Shown in pieces: positions 18,606 through 29,096 of a DNA stretch of 64,000 nucleotides (position 1 is its first letter; the number at the start of each line of letters is the position of its first letter). The position numbers and the translations under genes were made by a program. The DNA is from Bacteroidota bacterium (GTDB lineage: Bacteria > Bacteroidota > Bacteroidia > Flavobacteriales > Schleiferiaceae): assembly GCA_024742495.1 (NCBI GenBank), contig JANSYJ010000012.1, positions 10,021-74,020 of the forward strand, read 5' to 3'. Under the pieces are notes generated by a model. It searched no databases. It was given only the letters and a program-made list of their open reading frames with translations, and was not told the DNA's origin.

Positions 18606-20291
18606 ATGATTAGAGCCTATATCATTTACCTATCCTTAATGGCCAGTTTATGGTCATGTAAAAAGGATTCCGAAGATCCTGCGGTGAGCGGCAGTGGCGA
18701 ACAAGTTTATTACAATGGCCAGATTTACACCTTAAACCCCAATCAGGTTTGGGCCGATGCCATGCTGGTTCGGGATGGCAAAATCGTAGTTATTGGCGAA
18801 GAAACTGAAGTTCGTAGTCAAGCCTCAGCGCAAGCGCAAATAATTGACCTTCAATCGAAAATGGTAATGCCCGGCATCCATGATGTGCACTTACATCCTA
18901 TGGAAGCAGCATCCACCAATTTTCAATTTTCCTTAAGCGCCAATATTAGCGATCCCGAAAATTATAAAGCCGAAGTACAGCAAGCCTTAAGCAACCATGC
19001 TAATGCCAATTGGCTTCTTGGTTGGGGCTTTGATATTTATACGCTCTTGGATGCTAATCGTCCCCCTATTGAAATCCTAGATGATATATCGACTAGCAAG
19101 CCGATTGCTATAATGGAACTTAGCTCACATTCAATATGGGTGAATTCCAAAGCCTTGGAATTAGCGGGAATTGATGAGCAAAGTGCTAATCCTGTTGGCG
19201 GTGTTATAATGAAAGATGAGGATGGTTTCCCAAATGGTATTCTTATGGATAATGCGGGAAATTTGGTCGTTGACCTTGCGATTGCATCCATTCCCAATGC
19301 CGAGCAAAATGATTACGACGGATTGGTGAATTATGCCCTCCCGGAATTGGCTAAAAATGGGATTACTTCTATTTGTGATGCACGCACTTATTGGAAGCGA
19401 AATCATCATCTAACCTGGCAAAGAGTAGAAGATGAAGGCCTACTAACGGCAAGAGTTAATTTAGGCCTTTGGGTTTATCCCAATGAGGATGACATGACTC
19501 AACTTAGCACCTTGCAATCCCTGTATTCTAATGAGGCCAATAGCTTCCTAAAAATTAATCAAATTAAGCTTTACGCTGATGGCATTATCATTAATACAAC
19601 CGCTGCCATGCAAAGCAACTACCTCATCGATCTATTTCAGTTGCCGACGAATAATGGTATCAATTATGTGTCGGAAAATCGCATAATACAATATATCGCA
19701 AGCCTGGAACCAATTGGCTTCGATTTTCATATTCACGCCATAGGAAATAGAGGAGTGCATGAAGCGCTAAACGCGATTGAACAAGGGAGTAATGGTAATG
19801 GCCGACATCGCTTAACTCATGTTGAGTATGTTTCTCCGAGTGACATTCCTCGTTTTAGTCAACTAAATGTTACTGCCGATGCCCAAGTGGTGGGTCATTT
19901 TGCCCAGCCAGGTCACTGGCATAACAATGATTCTTTAGTGCATTCAAATTTGAATAATGCCATCATTCCGATCAAGAGCCTACAGCAAGCAAGTGCAAGA
20001 ATTACCCTCAGTAGTGATTGGGATGTTAGCAGTTTAAATCCTTTTATTGGTATCCAAAATGCCCTGACTAGAGTGCCACAGGAACTCACATTAACACAAG
20101 CCCTAAAAGCTTATACTCTAAATGGCGCTTACCTCATGCGACAAGAGCAGGTGGTAGGCAGCTTAGAGCCCGGCAAGGAAGCCGATTTCATTGTGCTCAG
20201 TCAAAACTTGTTTAATATTCCCGTTCAGCAAATTGCTCAAACGGAAGTTTTAAAAACCTATTTAAGTGGGGAATTAATTTACCAGCGCTAA
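18606..20291 (+). CDS. Amidohydrolase-family metallohydrolase lipoprotein (YtcJ-like)
   Basis: 561 aa. Lipobox LWSCKK and metal-binding PGIHDVHLHP. Later His residues fall in FHIHAIGN and LTHVEY. Confidence 0.75.
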   Translation: MIRAYIIYLSLMASLWSCKKDSEDPAVSGSGEQVYYNGQIYTLNPNQVWADAMLVRDGKIVVIGEETEVRSQASAQAQIIDLQSKMVMPGIHDVHLHPMEAASTNFQFSLSANISDPENYKAEVQQALSNHANANWLLGWGFDIYTLLDANRPPIEILDDISTSKPIAIMELSSHSIWVNSKALELAGIDEQSANPVGGVIMKDEDGFPNGILMDNAGNLVVDLAIASIPNAEQNDYDGLVNYALPELAKNGITSICDARTYWKRNHHLTWQRVEDEGLLTARVNLGLWVYPNEDDMTQLSTLQSLYSNEANSFLKINQIKLYADGIIINTTAAMQSNYLIDLFQLPTNNGINYVSENRIIQYIASLEPIGFDFHIHAIGNRGVHEALNAIEQGSNGNGRHRLTHVEYVSPSDIPRFSQLNVTADAQVVGHFAQPGHWHNNDSLVHSNLNNAIIPIKSLQQASARITLSSDWDVSSLNPFIGIQNALTRVPQELTLTQALKAYTLNGAYLMRQEQVVGSLEPGKEADFIVLSQNLFNIPVQQIAQTEVLKTYLSGELIYQR

Positions 20292-20373
20292 GGTTTTAAC
20301 TTCAATTTCTCCAATTGCAATTAAAAGGAAATGCCATCAGGCTTTCGCCTTTTATCTTAAAAAAGAAAAAGAA

Positions 20374-20835
20374 ATGGACTCCTATAAAAAAAGACGCATT
20401 CAGTTTAAAGAAGTGGTATCCCTAAAGGATTGGAAAATTAAAGTCTATTGCATCTCCAAGGAGGATCAGTTTCAACACCCTGACTATTATAAACAGGCCA
20501 TAGCCAAGATTCCTAGCTGGCTAGAAATGAAAAACAGCTTTAATAGCCGTGATGATAAAATTGGATTTCTAATCCTTCACGCTGGCAATGAAGGTATTTT
20601 CGCGATTATAAATTGGTGGATTGACCGCCATATGATGAACAGTCATATATTTTTAAGCACTTATAAAAAGCTCGATCAGTTCCAGAAAATATCCGGAGAT
20701 GGCCTCGCCCCTTGTATATGGGAATTAGAAGTAATCAATCATGAAAGAGTCTCCTGGACTAAGCATGTATTGCAAGCAATGCCCGAGCCTAATTTCCAAG
20801 CTTACGCTGATGACATCATCAATAAAGTTGTATGA
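20374..20835 (+). CDS. Hypothetical protein
   Basis: 153-aa ORF with no motif I can name. Its stop overlaps the next ATG (ATGA). Confidence 0.55.
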   Translation: MDSYKKRRIQFKEVVSLKDWKIKVYCISKEDQFQHPDYYKQAIAKIPSWLEMKNSFNSRDDKIGFLILHAGNEGIFAIINWWIDRHMMNSHIFLSTYKKLDQFQKISGDGLAPCIWELEVINHERVSWTKHVLQAMPEPNFQAYADDIINKVV

Positions 20836-21293
20836 GTTTTAAATACCAAATACGCCCCATTAAAAGCAGTGACCTTCCCGAGCTCATTGAACTGTGTAGG
20901 CTCCATGCCGAATTTGAGAAAAGCGATTATAAGGGCGATCACAAAGCTGAGGCTTTGGCCAAGCATTTATTCGCAGAGTCGCCTAGCCTTTATGGATTAG
21001 TAATTGAAGGAGAAAGCAAACTCTTGGGCTACAGCACTTTCATGCCGCAGTTTGCTACCTGGGATGCCGAATTCTATCTATACATGGACTGCCTTTACAT
21101 CCGTGCCGAAGCGCGCAGTAAAGGAATTGGTGAAGCTTTAATAGCGCGCATAAAAATGGAAGCCGTGAGCCTAAATTGTAAAACCATACAGTGGCAAACG
21201 CCGGCCTTCAACAAGAGAGCCATGAAATTTTACGAGCGACTTGGCGCCTATGGCAAAGACAAAGTACGCTATTTCCTTGATGTAAAAACTTAA
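20832..21293 (+). CDS. GNAT-family N-acetyltransferase
   Basis: 153 aa. Acetyl-CoA binding region RSKGIGEALIARI and C-terminal AMKFYERLG. Confidence 0.8.
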   Translation: MSFKYQIRPIKSSDLPELIELCRLHAEFEKSDYKGDHKAEALAKHLFAESPSLYGLVIEGESKLLGYSTFMPQFATWDAEFYLYMDCLYIRAEARSKGIGEALIARIKMEAVSLNCKTIQWQTPAFNKRAMKFYERLGAYGKDKVRYFLDVKT

Positions 21294-21362
21294 AGGCATT
21301 TCCCGAGTAAAAAGGATAAACTTTGCTTAGCTTTCAAAACTAATGCAGGATAAAAATTGAAC

Positions 21363-22265
21363 ATGACGAAAGAAAACTACCCCAATCAAGAAGGCAAGAT
21401 TATTATTGTTACCGGCGCAAACACAGGCCTAGGTTATGAAACAAGCCTTGAGCTCGCTCGAAAAGGAGCCCTAGTTGTAATGGCTTGTCGAAATCTCGAA
21501 AAAGCCAATAAGGCCAAATCACAAATTTTAGAAATTGTAGCAAATGCCAAGCTTGATGCTTTGCAAATTGACTTGAGTAGTTTAAAATCGGTGCGATCTT
21601 TTGCAAAAGCCTTTTTAGCAAAATACAATCGACTAGACCTTCTTATTAATAATGCCGGGGTAATGATGCCGCCCTACTCAAAAACCGAAGATGGCTTTGA
21701 ATTGCAATTCGGTGCCAACTACTTAGGTCACTTTTTACTCACGCGCTTATTATTGGACACCATTGTAAAAACGGAGGATTCCCGCATCGTCACCTTAAGT
21801 TCACTGGTGCATAAAAACGCTAAAATAAATTTCGATGACCTTCAATCGGAATTAAAGTATTCCGCCTCGGCGGCCTATGGGCAGTCGAAATTGGCCTGCC
21901 TAGTATTTAACTACGAGCTGCAAAGGCGACTGGAGGAAAATGCTTTTACCAATACCATTTCTACTGCGGCGCATCCCGGAATTGCCACCACCGAATTAAG
22001 TAGGCATATGCCCAAGCTACTCTATTTTGCCCTCCGCTATACCATTGCACCATTTATTACCCACGCCCCTAGTGAAGGTGCCAAACCAACACTTATGGCG
22101 GCTATGGGGAAAGCTCATGGCGGGGACTATTTTGGCCCCACTGGTATTGGCGAAATGAAAGGAAAACCAGGTCTCGCTAAGTCCACGGAAGAAGCACGAG
22201 ATCCGAAATTGGCTCAAAAATTATGGGCGGTTTCCGAGGAATTAGTAGGTGAGAAATTTCTATAA
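21363..22265 (+). CDS. Short-chain dehydrogenase/reductase (retinol-dehydrogenase-like)
   Basis: TGANTGLG cofactor motif, NNAG, and catalytic YGQSK. The first ATG is at 21363. Confidence 0.85.
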   Translation: MTKENYPNQEGKIIIVTGANTGLGYETSLELARKGALVVMACRNLEKANKAKSQILEIVANAKLDALQIDLSSLKSVRSFAKAFLAKYNRLDLLINNAGVMMPPYSKTEDGFELQFGANYLGHFLLTRLLLDTIVKTEDSRIVTLSSLVHKNAKINFDDLQSELKYSASAAYGQSKLACLVFNYELQRRLEENAFTNTISTAAHPGIATTELSRHMPKLLYFALRYTIAPFITHAPSEGAKPTLMAAMGKAHGGDYFGPTGIGEMKGKPGLAKSTEEARDPKLAQKLWAVSEELVGEKFL

Positions 22266-22308
22266 CGAAGCTTCACAATTTAATGGAGCCTCAGGGCCTC
22301 AGTTCCTT

Positions 22309-23259
22309 ATGGAGGATAAAATCAAGCAGTTAATTTTAAAAAGCACCAAGGCGGAAGCGATTGCTACAATTGAACCGATTCAGAAATTATGGAGCGACTA
22401 CGGTGAAATTTCCCGCATCCATCTCATCGGATCAAGCATGGAGTCTATTATTCTAAAGCATATAATAGTACCTGATGAACTTAATCACCCCCGCGCATGG
22501 AATAGTGATCTCGCCCATCAGCGCAAGTTAAAATCCTACCAAGTAGAGAAAAGGTGGTATTACGGCAAAAGTGGGGAGAGCAAGGCCCGCTTACCGGCAT
22601 GTTTGCATGCTGAAGAACTGGCGAATGAAATGCTCTTGTTGCTTGAAGACCTCAATCCGGCTGGCTATTCCATTCGGCGAACAGAGGTGAACTGGAACGA
22701 ATTTGAATCCTGTATAAGCTGGCTGGCAAAATTCCATGCTTCCTATATTGGGCAATCTGCAGCGGGACTTTGGCCAATAGGTACCTACTGGCATTTGGCT
22801 ACCCGGCCCCAAGAATTAGCGGCGCTACAAGACGAGGCACTAAAAGAAGCTGCCCCCTTAATAGATGCGAAGCTAACTGGAGCAAAATTCCAAACCATTG
22901 TTCACGGTGATGCTAAATTGGCCAACTTTTGTTTCTCAAAATCTGGGGATGTCGCGGGCGTCGACTTTCAATATGTGGGGGGCGGTTGTGGCATGAAAGA
23001 CCTGGCCTATTTTGTAGGTAGTTGCTTGGATGAGGCTGATTGTGAAAAATTGGAAGACCATATACTCGATCTTTACTTCAGCCATTTGCATCAGGCATTG
23101 CCTGCGGAAAACAAAGCCCTAGAAAGGGAATGGCGCGAACTATATCCTTATGCTTGGGCAGATTTCCATCGTTTTCTAAAAGGCTGGAGTCCTAATCATT
23201 GGAAGATAAATAGCTACAGTGAAAGGCAATGTCAGAAAGTAATAGAAAGCCTTCATTAA
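22309..23259 (+). CDS. Aminoglycoside/choline/ecdysteroid-kinase-like phosphotransferase
   Basis: Brenner motif [11 protein letters not shown] and Mg-binding VDFQYVG. ATG 22309 lies downstream of the SDR stop. Confidence 0.7.
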   Translation: MEDKIKQLILKSTKAEAIATIEPIQKLWSDYGEISRIHLIGSSMESIILKHIIVPDELNHPRAWNSDLAHQRKLKSYQVEKRWYYGKSGESKARLPACLHAEELANEMLLLLEDLNPAGYSIRRTEVNWNEFESCISWLAKFHASYIGQSAAGLWPIGTYWHLATRPQELAALQDEALKEAAPLIDAKLTGAKFQTIVHGDAKLANFCFSKSGDVAGVDFQYVGGGCGMKDLAYFVGSCLDEADCEKLEDHILDLYFSHLHQALPAENKALEREWRELYPYAWADFHRFLKGWSPNHWKINSYSERQCQKVIESLH

Positions 23260-24101
23260 TGGATTTAAACGCACTTTGCAAAACCGCCATTGAGGCCGCA
23301 ATTAAAGCGGGAGAATTTATTCAATCGAAAAGAAATGAGAAGCTTCAAGTGCTACAAAAAAAAGGCGGTAGTTCCTATGCCTCTCAAGTAGTTACAGAAG
23401 TCGATCGGCAGGCGGAAGCCATAATTATATCTCATTTGGAACCGAGCTTTAAGCATGATATCGCACTTTTAAGTGAGGAACGTGAGGATGATGGCGGTCG
23501 TTTTCTAAAAAAATGTTTTTGGTGTATTGATCCCCTAGACGGCACCCTGTCCTTTATAAAAGGACTGGTCGGATATTCGGTTTCCATTGGCTTAGTGGCA
23601 AAGGATGGCAGTCCCCTAATTGGCGTGGTTTACGATCCCAATACAAAAAACTTGTACCACAGTATAAAGGATCAAGGCGCATTTAAAAACCATCGAAAAT
23701 GGCTCCCTAATCAGGATGGTCTTTACCTTAGTTATATTGGTGATAGACCCATAAAAGACAGCCCGAAAGCAGCGGAACTGGAGCAGCAAATTCAAGCATA
23801 CCTCAACAAATTAGGCCTTAAAGAATGTAAGCGATTTAGCAGTGCTGGTGCTGTATTAAATGCTATTAGTTTGGTTGAAAAAGGTCCCGCGATTATGATT
23901 AAACCTCCAAAAAAGAATTTGGGTGGTGGTAGCATTTGGGATTATGCGGCAACGGCTTGCCTCTTTCAAGAACTGGGATTGCAGGCAACAAATTATTACG
24001 GAAAGCGCTTAGATCTTAATAAACTTGAAAACAGCTTTATGAATCACGAGGGTGTGCTCTATGCGAATTTACCCGAAGGAATAAGAAGGACCAGAAATTA
24101 A
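23259..24101 (+). CDS. Inositol monophosphatase / CysQ-like phosphatase family protein
   Basis: LSEERED metal site and WCIDPLDGT motif. ATG 23259 overlaps the kinase stop (TAATG). Confidence 0.75.
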   Translation: MDLNALCKTAIEAAIKAGEFIQSKRNEKLQVLQKKGGSSYASQVVTEVDRQAEAIIISHLEPSFKHDIALLSEEREDDGGRFLKKCFWCIDPLDGTLSFIKGLVGYSVSIGLVAKDGSPLIGVVYDPNTKNLYHSIKDQGAFKNHRKWLPNQDGLYLSYIGDRPIKDSPKAAELEQQIQAYLNKLGLKECKRFSSAGAVLNAISLVEKGPAIMIKPPKKNLGGGSIWDYAATACLFQELGLQATNYYGKRLDLNKLENSFMNHEGVLYANLPEGIRRTRN

Positions 24102-24137
24102 AAAGCAATCCTAATTCCGAATACCTTTAACTCTGAA

Positions 24138-24800
24138 ATGTTTTTAGCAGCCTCTAGCAATACAAAATCTACAAATCCATTTGGAGGTCAAGCCAAAGTA
24201 CTGGGCTATGGGATAATAATGCTTATCTTAGGCAGTAGAGCATTTGGCCAATGTGCTGCTCTATCGCTTATTGGCGACAGTATAAACTTTGAGGGTGTAA
24301 ACATTTTTTACTATCAGCATAATGATCAGGTCCGAATTAAATATGCCTACCAAGGCTTTGAACTTAATTTGGGCGACAGCCTTGCCTTTGATTGTAACAC
24401 CCGATACAATCCGAGCGTTCCAAAGGCCACTTGGCGCAACGACTATTATATCGGTTTCACCAGCGGCTGCGGTAGCTCTTGCTTTGCCAATTATCTTCTA
24501 CCCTTGCAGTCTGGACTTAACTTTCAGGAAGCGGGACAGCTACTGATCGATACCACCAAAACGATATATGTAAGTATTTACAAAACTATAGATAAGCTCC
24601 TCCCCTATGTGGAGGTTAAGAACCATTTGAGTCAAAAAAGCCAGACCTTTAATTTAAATTCCGGGAGCTTCCCAGTGGCCATCCCCTTAGAATATTTGGA
24701 TTATTCAGTGGCGCATCCAAAAGGATTTAAATATGAAAATTCCACGCTCAGCCTTTTCCTTAGGGATGGCCAAAAACTGGACTTTGAAATTGAGCTTTAA
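24138..24800 (+). CDS. Hypothetical protein
   Basis: 220-aa ORF with no recognisable motif. The start is uncertain. Confidence 0.45.
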   Translation: MFLAASSNTKSTNPFGGQAKVLGYGIIMLILGSRAFGQCAALSLIGDSINFEGVNIFYYQHNDQVRIKYAYQGFELNLGDSLAFDCNTRYNPSVPKATWRNDYYIGFTSGCGSSCFANYLLPLQSGLNFQEAGQLLIDTTKTIYVSIYKTIDKLLPYVEVKNHLSQKSQTFNLNSGSFPVAIPLEYLDYSVAHPKGFKYENSTLSLFLRDGQKLDFEIEL

Positions 24801-24831
24801 AACCTTCAAGGCCGCATCAAAAATCAGTAAC

Positions 24832-25452
24832 ATGAAAAAATTATTCTTCCCAGTAAGCTTTAGTCTTTTACTCATTTCATGTTCCGAGGAAGAGCCGATC
24901 TCTGAAGCCTGTGCCTTTCCGGAGGTAGACCGATCGGTTAACTTAAATTTCTCGGCTATCATCCCTATAGTCGGCTCTGAGAGCTGGACCTACACCGATT
25001 CTTTGTGGGAAAATGGCATCTTCCAAGCGGCAGAAGAAACTAATTTAGAAATTACCAAGGTCTATCAACTCGGAAGCCTGGCAGCAATTGAGTTTTCGAG
25101 TATCCTTCCACTACTTAGCATTCGTAATGACACCATGTATGCCACACGTTTAAATCCTGGCCCAAAGGAAAATGCTTGCTATGAATTACTATATCCTATG
25201 TTCTTTAAAGCTGGCGATTCGGTGCAGGTAGATGATGATCCTAGCGATAAATATGTTTACCCCATCAACGAAATAATCAATACGCCTATTGGCAACTTTA
25301 GTCAGAATGTTGTTTACCGAGAAGCGGACATCTTTGAAGTAATTCTCAATGAAAACGCAGGGGTTTTAAGAATCACCTTCTTTGTATATAATGCTGATGG
25401 TCTTCGACAAAAACGCCGCAGCTTAGATTTAATTAGTTACAGCGTGCAATAA
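24832..25452 (+). CDS. Hypothetical lipoprotein
   Basis: ATG 24832 gives MKKLFFPVSFSLLLISCSEEE (lipobox). The track ORF extends upstream into the previous gene. Confidence 0.55.
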   Translation: MKKLFFPVSFSLLLISCSEEEPISEACAFPEVDRSVNLNFSAIIPIVGSESWTYTDSLWENGIFQAAEETNLEITKVYQLGSLAAIEFSSILPLLSIRNDTMYATRLNPGPKENACYELLYPMFFKAGDSVQVDDDPSDKYVYPINEIINTPIGNFSQNVVYREADIFEVILNENAGVLRITFFVYNADGLRQKRRSLDLISYSVQ

Positions 25453-25543
25453 TAGCGGCATCCATTAGTTTTGAAAACTTTAAAGCTGGAAGTTGCTGAT
25501 TTGAGCCATCAATTGGAGCTTCGGCAAGAATGAAAAGGAAAAA

Positions 25544-26542
25544 ATGCGAAAGATAATTAGCTATGCAATTTTAGGACTATTCACTTTGCTTTTGGCCTGT
25601 GAGCGAGATGAAGGAGATTCAAGAGTAGTAATACCCGATTTTAATTATCCGCAAACGGTAGTTTTTAATCCAAGCTTGTCCTCCTATAGAATATTTACCG
25701 GGAACCCAGCTAGTTTAGTTCCAGATTCCAGTTTTCAACTACTTGAACTGAATGCTAGCTTATACTCTGACTACAGTTCGAAACAACGCTTAGTAAGCAT
25801 TCCCGAAGGCACCGAAATTAGCAAGCAAGCGGATGGCGCCCTTAGTTTCCCTGATGGCAGCATCCTGGTAAAGACCTTCTACTATTGGAATGACGCCCGA
25901 GATACCAGTTTAGGAAAACGGATTATCGAGAGTCGGCTATTAATTAAAGAGCGTAATACCTGGAATGCCGCCAGCTACCTTTGGGATAGTACTCAAACTG
26001 AAGCCTATTTGCGCCTTGATGGACATGACCTCCCGATAAGCTGGGTGAATGCCAGTGGCCAAAATAGGTCAACCATGTACCATGTCCCCAATGAAAATGA
26101 ATGCATTGCTTGTCATCAGTCAAACGACAAAATGAGTCCATTGGGGCCAAAGCTCCGAAATTTAAACCGCCAAGTGGAGCGCAATGGCAGCAGCTTAAAC
26201 CAAATTCAACATCTTCAAAACCTCGGACTTCTTAGCAATTTTGATTTGAGTGAAGTCAGTGAAATTATCGACTATAATGACCCAAGCCAGAGCCTTAGCA
26301 GCCGCGGACGGTCCTACTTAGAGATGAATTGCGCTCACTGCCATAATCCAAGCGGATGGGATCCTGCAGCGAGGCAAGATCTCGATTTCCGCTACAGCAC
26401 GCCCTTCGCGCAAAGTGGAATTGGTGCGGAAAAAGATCGCATATCCGACTTACTTCGTTCCGGGGAAATGCCCTTTATCGGCACAACTCTGCGGCATGAA
26501 GAAGGACTAAGCTTAATGATAAATTACTTAAACAGTTTATAG
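25544..26542 (+). CDS. Putative lipoprotein with two CxxCH haem-c binding motifs
   Basis: Signal plus lipobox LLLACERDE. NECIACHQS and MNCAHCHNP were read directly from the DNA. Confidence 0.6.
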   Translation: MRKIISYAILGLFTLLLACERDEGDSRVVIPDFNYPQTVVFNPSLSSYRIFTGNPASLVPDSSFQLLELNASLYSDYSSKQRLVSIPEGTEISKQADGALSFPDGSILVKTFYYWNDARDTSLGKRIIESRLLIKERNTWNAASYLWDSTQTEAYLRLDGHDLPISWVNASGQNRSTMYHVPNENECIACHQSNDKMSPLGPKLRNLNRQVERNGSSLNQIQHLQNLGLLSNFDLSEVSEIIDYNDPSQSLSSRGRSYLEMNCAHCHNPSGWDPAARQDLDFRYSTPFAQSGIGAEKDRISDLLRSGEMPFIGTTLRHEEGLSLMINYLNSL

Positions 26543-26548
26543 GCCTTT

Positions 26549-27352
26549 TTAGCCCTCCTTTATCCAACGGAAGTTTTGTTGAAACTGATCGCCGATTACT
26601 CGGATCAAATAAACCCCTGGCACTAGCTTTTCCATTGGGATTTCTAGTTCTGTAGCGGCAGCTTGATATTCTGCTAAAAGCGCACCATTTAGGCTAAAAA
26701 CCTGAATAACTTGAATAAGCTCAGCGCTTTTAACTTGGAAATTCCGCGTCCCAGGATTGGGATATAATTCAATTTGTGGCAGACTAATTTCCTCCTCACT
26801 AAGAGAAGCCGCTGGTCCAAAAATATTATCAAAGTATATTACCTGATCCGATGTACGGGCCTGAAAGTCGGGGAATACCACTAATTGATCATAGGCAGGT
26901 GTAAGCCCAATGTGACTGGAAAAATCAAAGGTAATTTGCTCCCATTCATTAGTCTTGGTATTGGGAACTTTAATCTCTCCTAAAGACCAACCATCTGGTC
27001 GTACTAACTTTATTCCAACATCACTTATCTCCGTTTTCCAAACCATAATTCGGATTTGAGCATTATTGGCGTCAATAAGAAAGGAGCCGGTTCCAGCACC
27101 GTGTAAGGTTTCGCAGCCGGCCCAGGGATTACCTGCTTGTAGGGCGGTAAACTTTGCTACCGTGGCGGAAGTATTTAAACCGCTGGGATCAGGGTTAGCC
27201 ACTATTTCTAAAGCTGGATTAGAATCATTTTCAAAAACCGTCCAGGTCCAGGCTGCCCCTTCCCCATTAGCTTCGAAATCGATTGGACCGTTTTGGGCAT
27301 TTATAAATAAAGGCGCTAATAATGCGCCCATGATCTTGTAAATTTTTAGCAT
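26549..27352 (-). CDS. Secreted protein with T9SS C-terminal sorting domain
   Basis: ATG at 27352 gives MLKIYKIMGALLAPLFINAQ. The C-terminus IELYPNPGTRNFQV...GVYLIRV is a type-A T9SS CTD. Confidence 0.7.
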   Translation of the reverse strand: MLKIYKIMGALLAPLFINAQNGPIDFEANGEGAAWTWTVFENDSNPALEIVANPDPSGLNTSATVAKFTALQAGNPWAGCETLHGAGTGSFLIDANNAQIRIMVWKTEISDVGIKLVRPDGWSLGEIKVPNTKTNEWEQITFDFSSHIGLTPAYDQLVVFPDFQARTSDQVIYFDNIFGPAASLSEEEISLPQIELYPNPGTRNFQVKSAELIQVIQVFSLNGALLAEYQAAATELEIPMEKLVPGVYLIRVIGDQFQQNFRWIKEG

Positions 27353-27474
27353 GTTTTGTTGTTTTCGAACACGAGGTCCATTTCGTCTAAAGGTATAGCT
27401 AATAGTCTTTGGTACCAAAAGAAGGCCTACCTTTATCTGATGCGGCTACTATTCCTTTCTAAGAACATCCTCTA

Positions 27475-28215
27475 ATGGAGCTCACGATAATGAAAAACAA
27501 AAGCTTTCTTTTAGTCTGTGCAAGCTTATTCTTTCTTCCTCATTTGATAGGACAGCAGTATGCTACATTCAGCACGGATTCCGCTTTTGCTCTTCGCTGG
27601 TATTCTGAAGAAAAGGGTGGCTATGACCCCCAAATTAATGAGCAAGTTTGGATTATTAGAGGCAAGGAATTGCGCTATGGCTCAAAGGCCTTAAAGGTTG
27701 AGATCATCCCCGGTAAAACCGATACCATTCTTTTTAAAGCATATAGGCGACCTCATTTCGATACCATTATCTGCTTTATAAATGAGGCCAAACATTTTCA
27801 GTTTCAATTTAATCCTTGCTGTGGAGCCTTTAATGTGAAGGAAGAGGGCCAAAGAGGATTCTTCCGTGCAAGCATTATCTATCGCCTAAAAGGAGAAAGC
27901 AGCAAATCCTATTTAGGCACTTTAGGTGAAACGGGAATCCTACTTAAGTCGGGAGAAGCAAATACATTGAAGCCATTTTGCCGCAGTGCCATGAGCCCCA
28001 ATGTTTATCCGATTAGCTTTCGAGAAATAGAAATTTGCCGCAGCACCAATTGCGAGGAAGGCACTTGTTTACAAGGAGAGGCTGAGCCAGAATTAAACTT
28101 CAGTTACACTACTATTTCCAGTAAATTGAACTGTCTTTTTATGCCGCTTAGCGCGGAAGCCCTAGTGGTTACTTATGATCCCATTTCTGGTAAAATAGAA
28201 TTAAAAACGCATTGA
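27475..28215 (+). CDS. Hypothetical secreted Cys-rich protein
   Basis: Signal-like MKNKSFLLVCASLFFLPHLIGQ, with an alternative start at 27490. No family recognised. Confidence 0.5.
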   Translation: MELTIMKNKSFLLVCASLFFLPHLIGQQYATFSTDSAFALRWYSEEKGGYDPQINEQVWIIRGKELRYGSKALKVEIIPGKTDTILFKAYRRPHFDTIICFINEAKHFQFQFNPCCGAFNVKEEGQRGFFRASIIYRLKGESSKSYLGTLGETGILLKSGEANTLKPFCRSAMSPNVYPISFREIEICRSTNCEEGTCLQGEAEPELNFSYTTISSKLNCLFMPLSAEALVVTYDPISGKIELKTH

Positions 28216-28787
28216 TGAAAAATGAATACTACCATCAAAAAGCTTCCGTTGAGGAATATATTAATCTGGCCAAGGATGTAAACAGTCGCGGCCTAATTGA
28301 AAAACTGCAGGCCTATTTAAAGCCGCAGAGCAAGGTCTTGGAAATAGGTTCTGGCCCGGGCACTGATTGGCAAATTTTAAGTGAAAACTTTCAGGTAATT
28401 GGTTCCGACTATTCGACCTTATTCGTAGAACGCTTGCAAAGGCTTAATCCGAAAGGCAGCTTTTTACAACTGGATGCCATTAGTTTAGAATGTGATCAAC
28501 ACTTTGATGCCCTCTATTCCAATAAAGTTTTTCAGCATCTTGATGAAGATGAGCTTGAGCAGTCCCTGCTTCGTCAAAAGGAAATCCTAACTAAGGCGGG
28601 CGTAGTTTGCCATTCTTTTTGGCGTGGACAAGGCAGCGAAAACTTTAAAGGTATGCAAGTGCATTATCGCGAGAAAGTAGAGCTAAAAAAGCACTTTGAA
28701 AAGCACTTTGAAATTTTACTTTTAGAAAGCTATGCTGAATTTGAAAAAGATGACTCCTTGGTGATTATTGGGCGATTGAAAGGCTGA
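28215..28787 (+). CDS. Class I SAM-dependent methyltransferase
   Basis: Motif I VLEIGSGPGTDW. The ATG overlaps the upstream stop (TGATG). Confidence 0.75.
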   Translation: MKNEYYHQKASVEEYINLAKDVNSRGLIEKLQAYLKPQSKVLEIGSGPGTDWQILSENFQVIGSDYSTLFVERLQRLNPKGSFLQLDAISLECDQHFDALYSNKVFQHLDEDELEQSLLRQKEILTKAGVVCHSFWRGQGSENFKGMQVHYREKVELKKHFEKHFEILLLESYAEFEKDDSLVIIGRLKG

Positions 28788-28841
28788 TTGCACAAACATT
28801 TGCCATTATATTTAGACTTAAGTTTAAAAGAAGACAGCCCG

Positions 28842-29093
28842 ATGAACGACAAAACAGAACCCTTATCCGATCAGGATCTTTTGCAACAAGTAGCCCGGGC
28901 TAAATCTGGGAAAACCTACGACTCGGTGATTTTCGGTTTTTTAGTGGGGGTTTCCATTTACAGCATTTTAAATCATGGATTTGGCTTATTAACCTTTCTC
29001 CCCCTGCTTTGGCTTCCGGTAATAAACCGAAACTCCAAGAAGAGAAAAGCCCTGGAGGAAGAGATGGAAAAACGAGGCCTTAAAAACAGCTAG
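28842..29093 (+). CDS. Small membrane protein, hypothetical
   Basis: ATG 28842; the track start 28788 is TTG. Two predicted TM helices and a basic C-terminus. Confidence 0.4.
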   Translation: MNDKTEPLSDQDLLQQVARAKSGKTYDSVIFGFLVGVSIYSILNHGFGLLTFLPLLWLPVINRNSKKRKALEEEMEKRGLKNS

Positions 29094-29096
29094 CAC

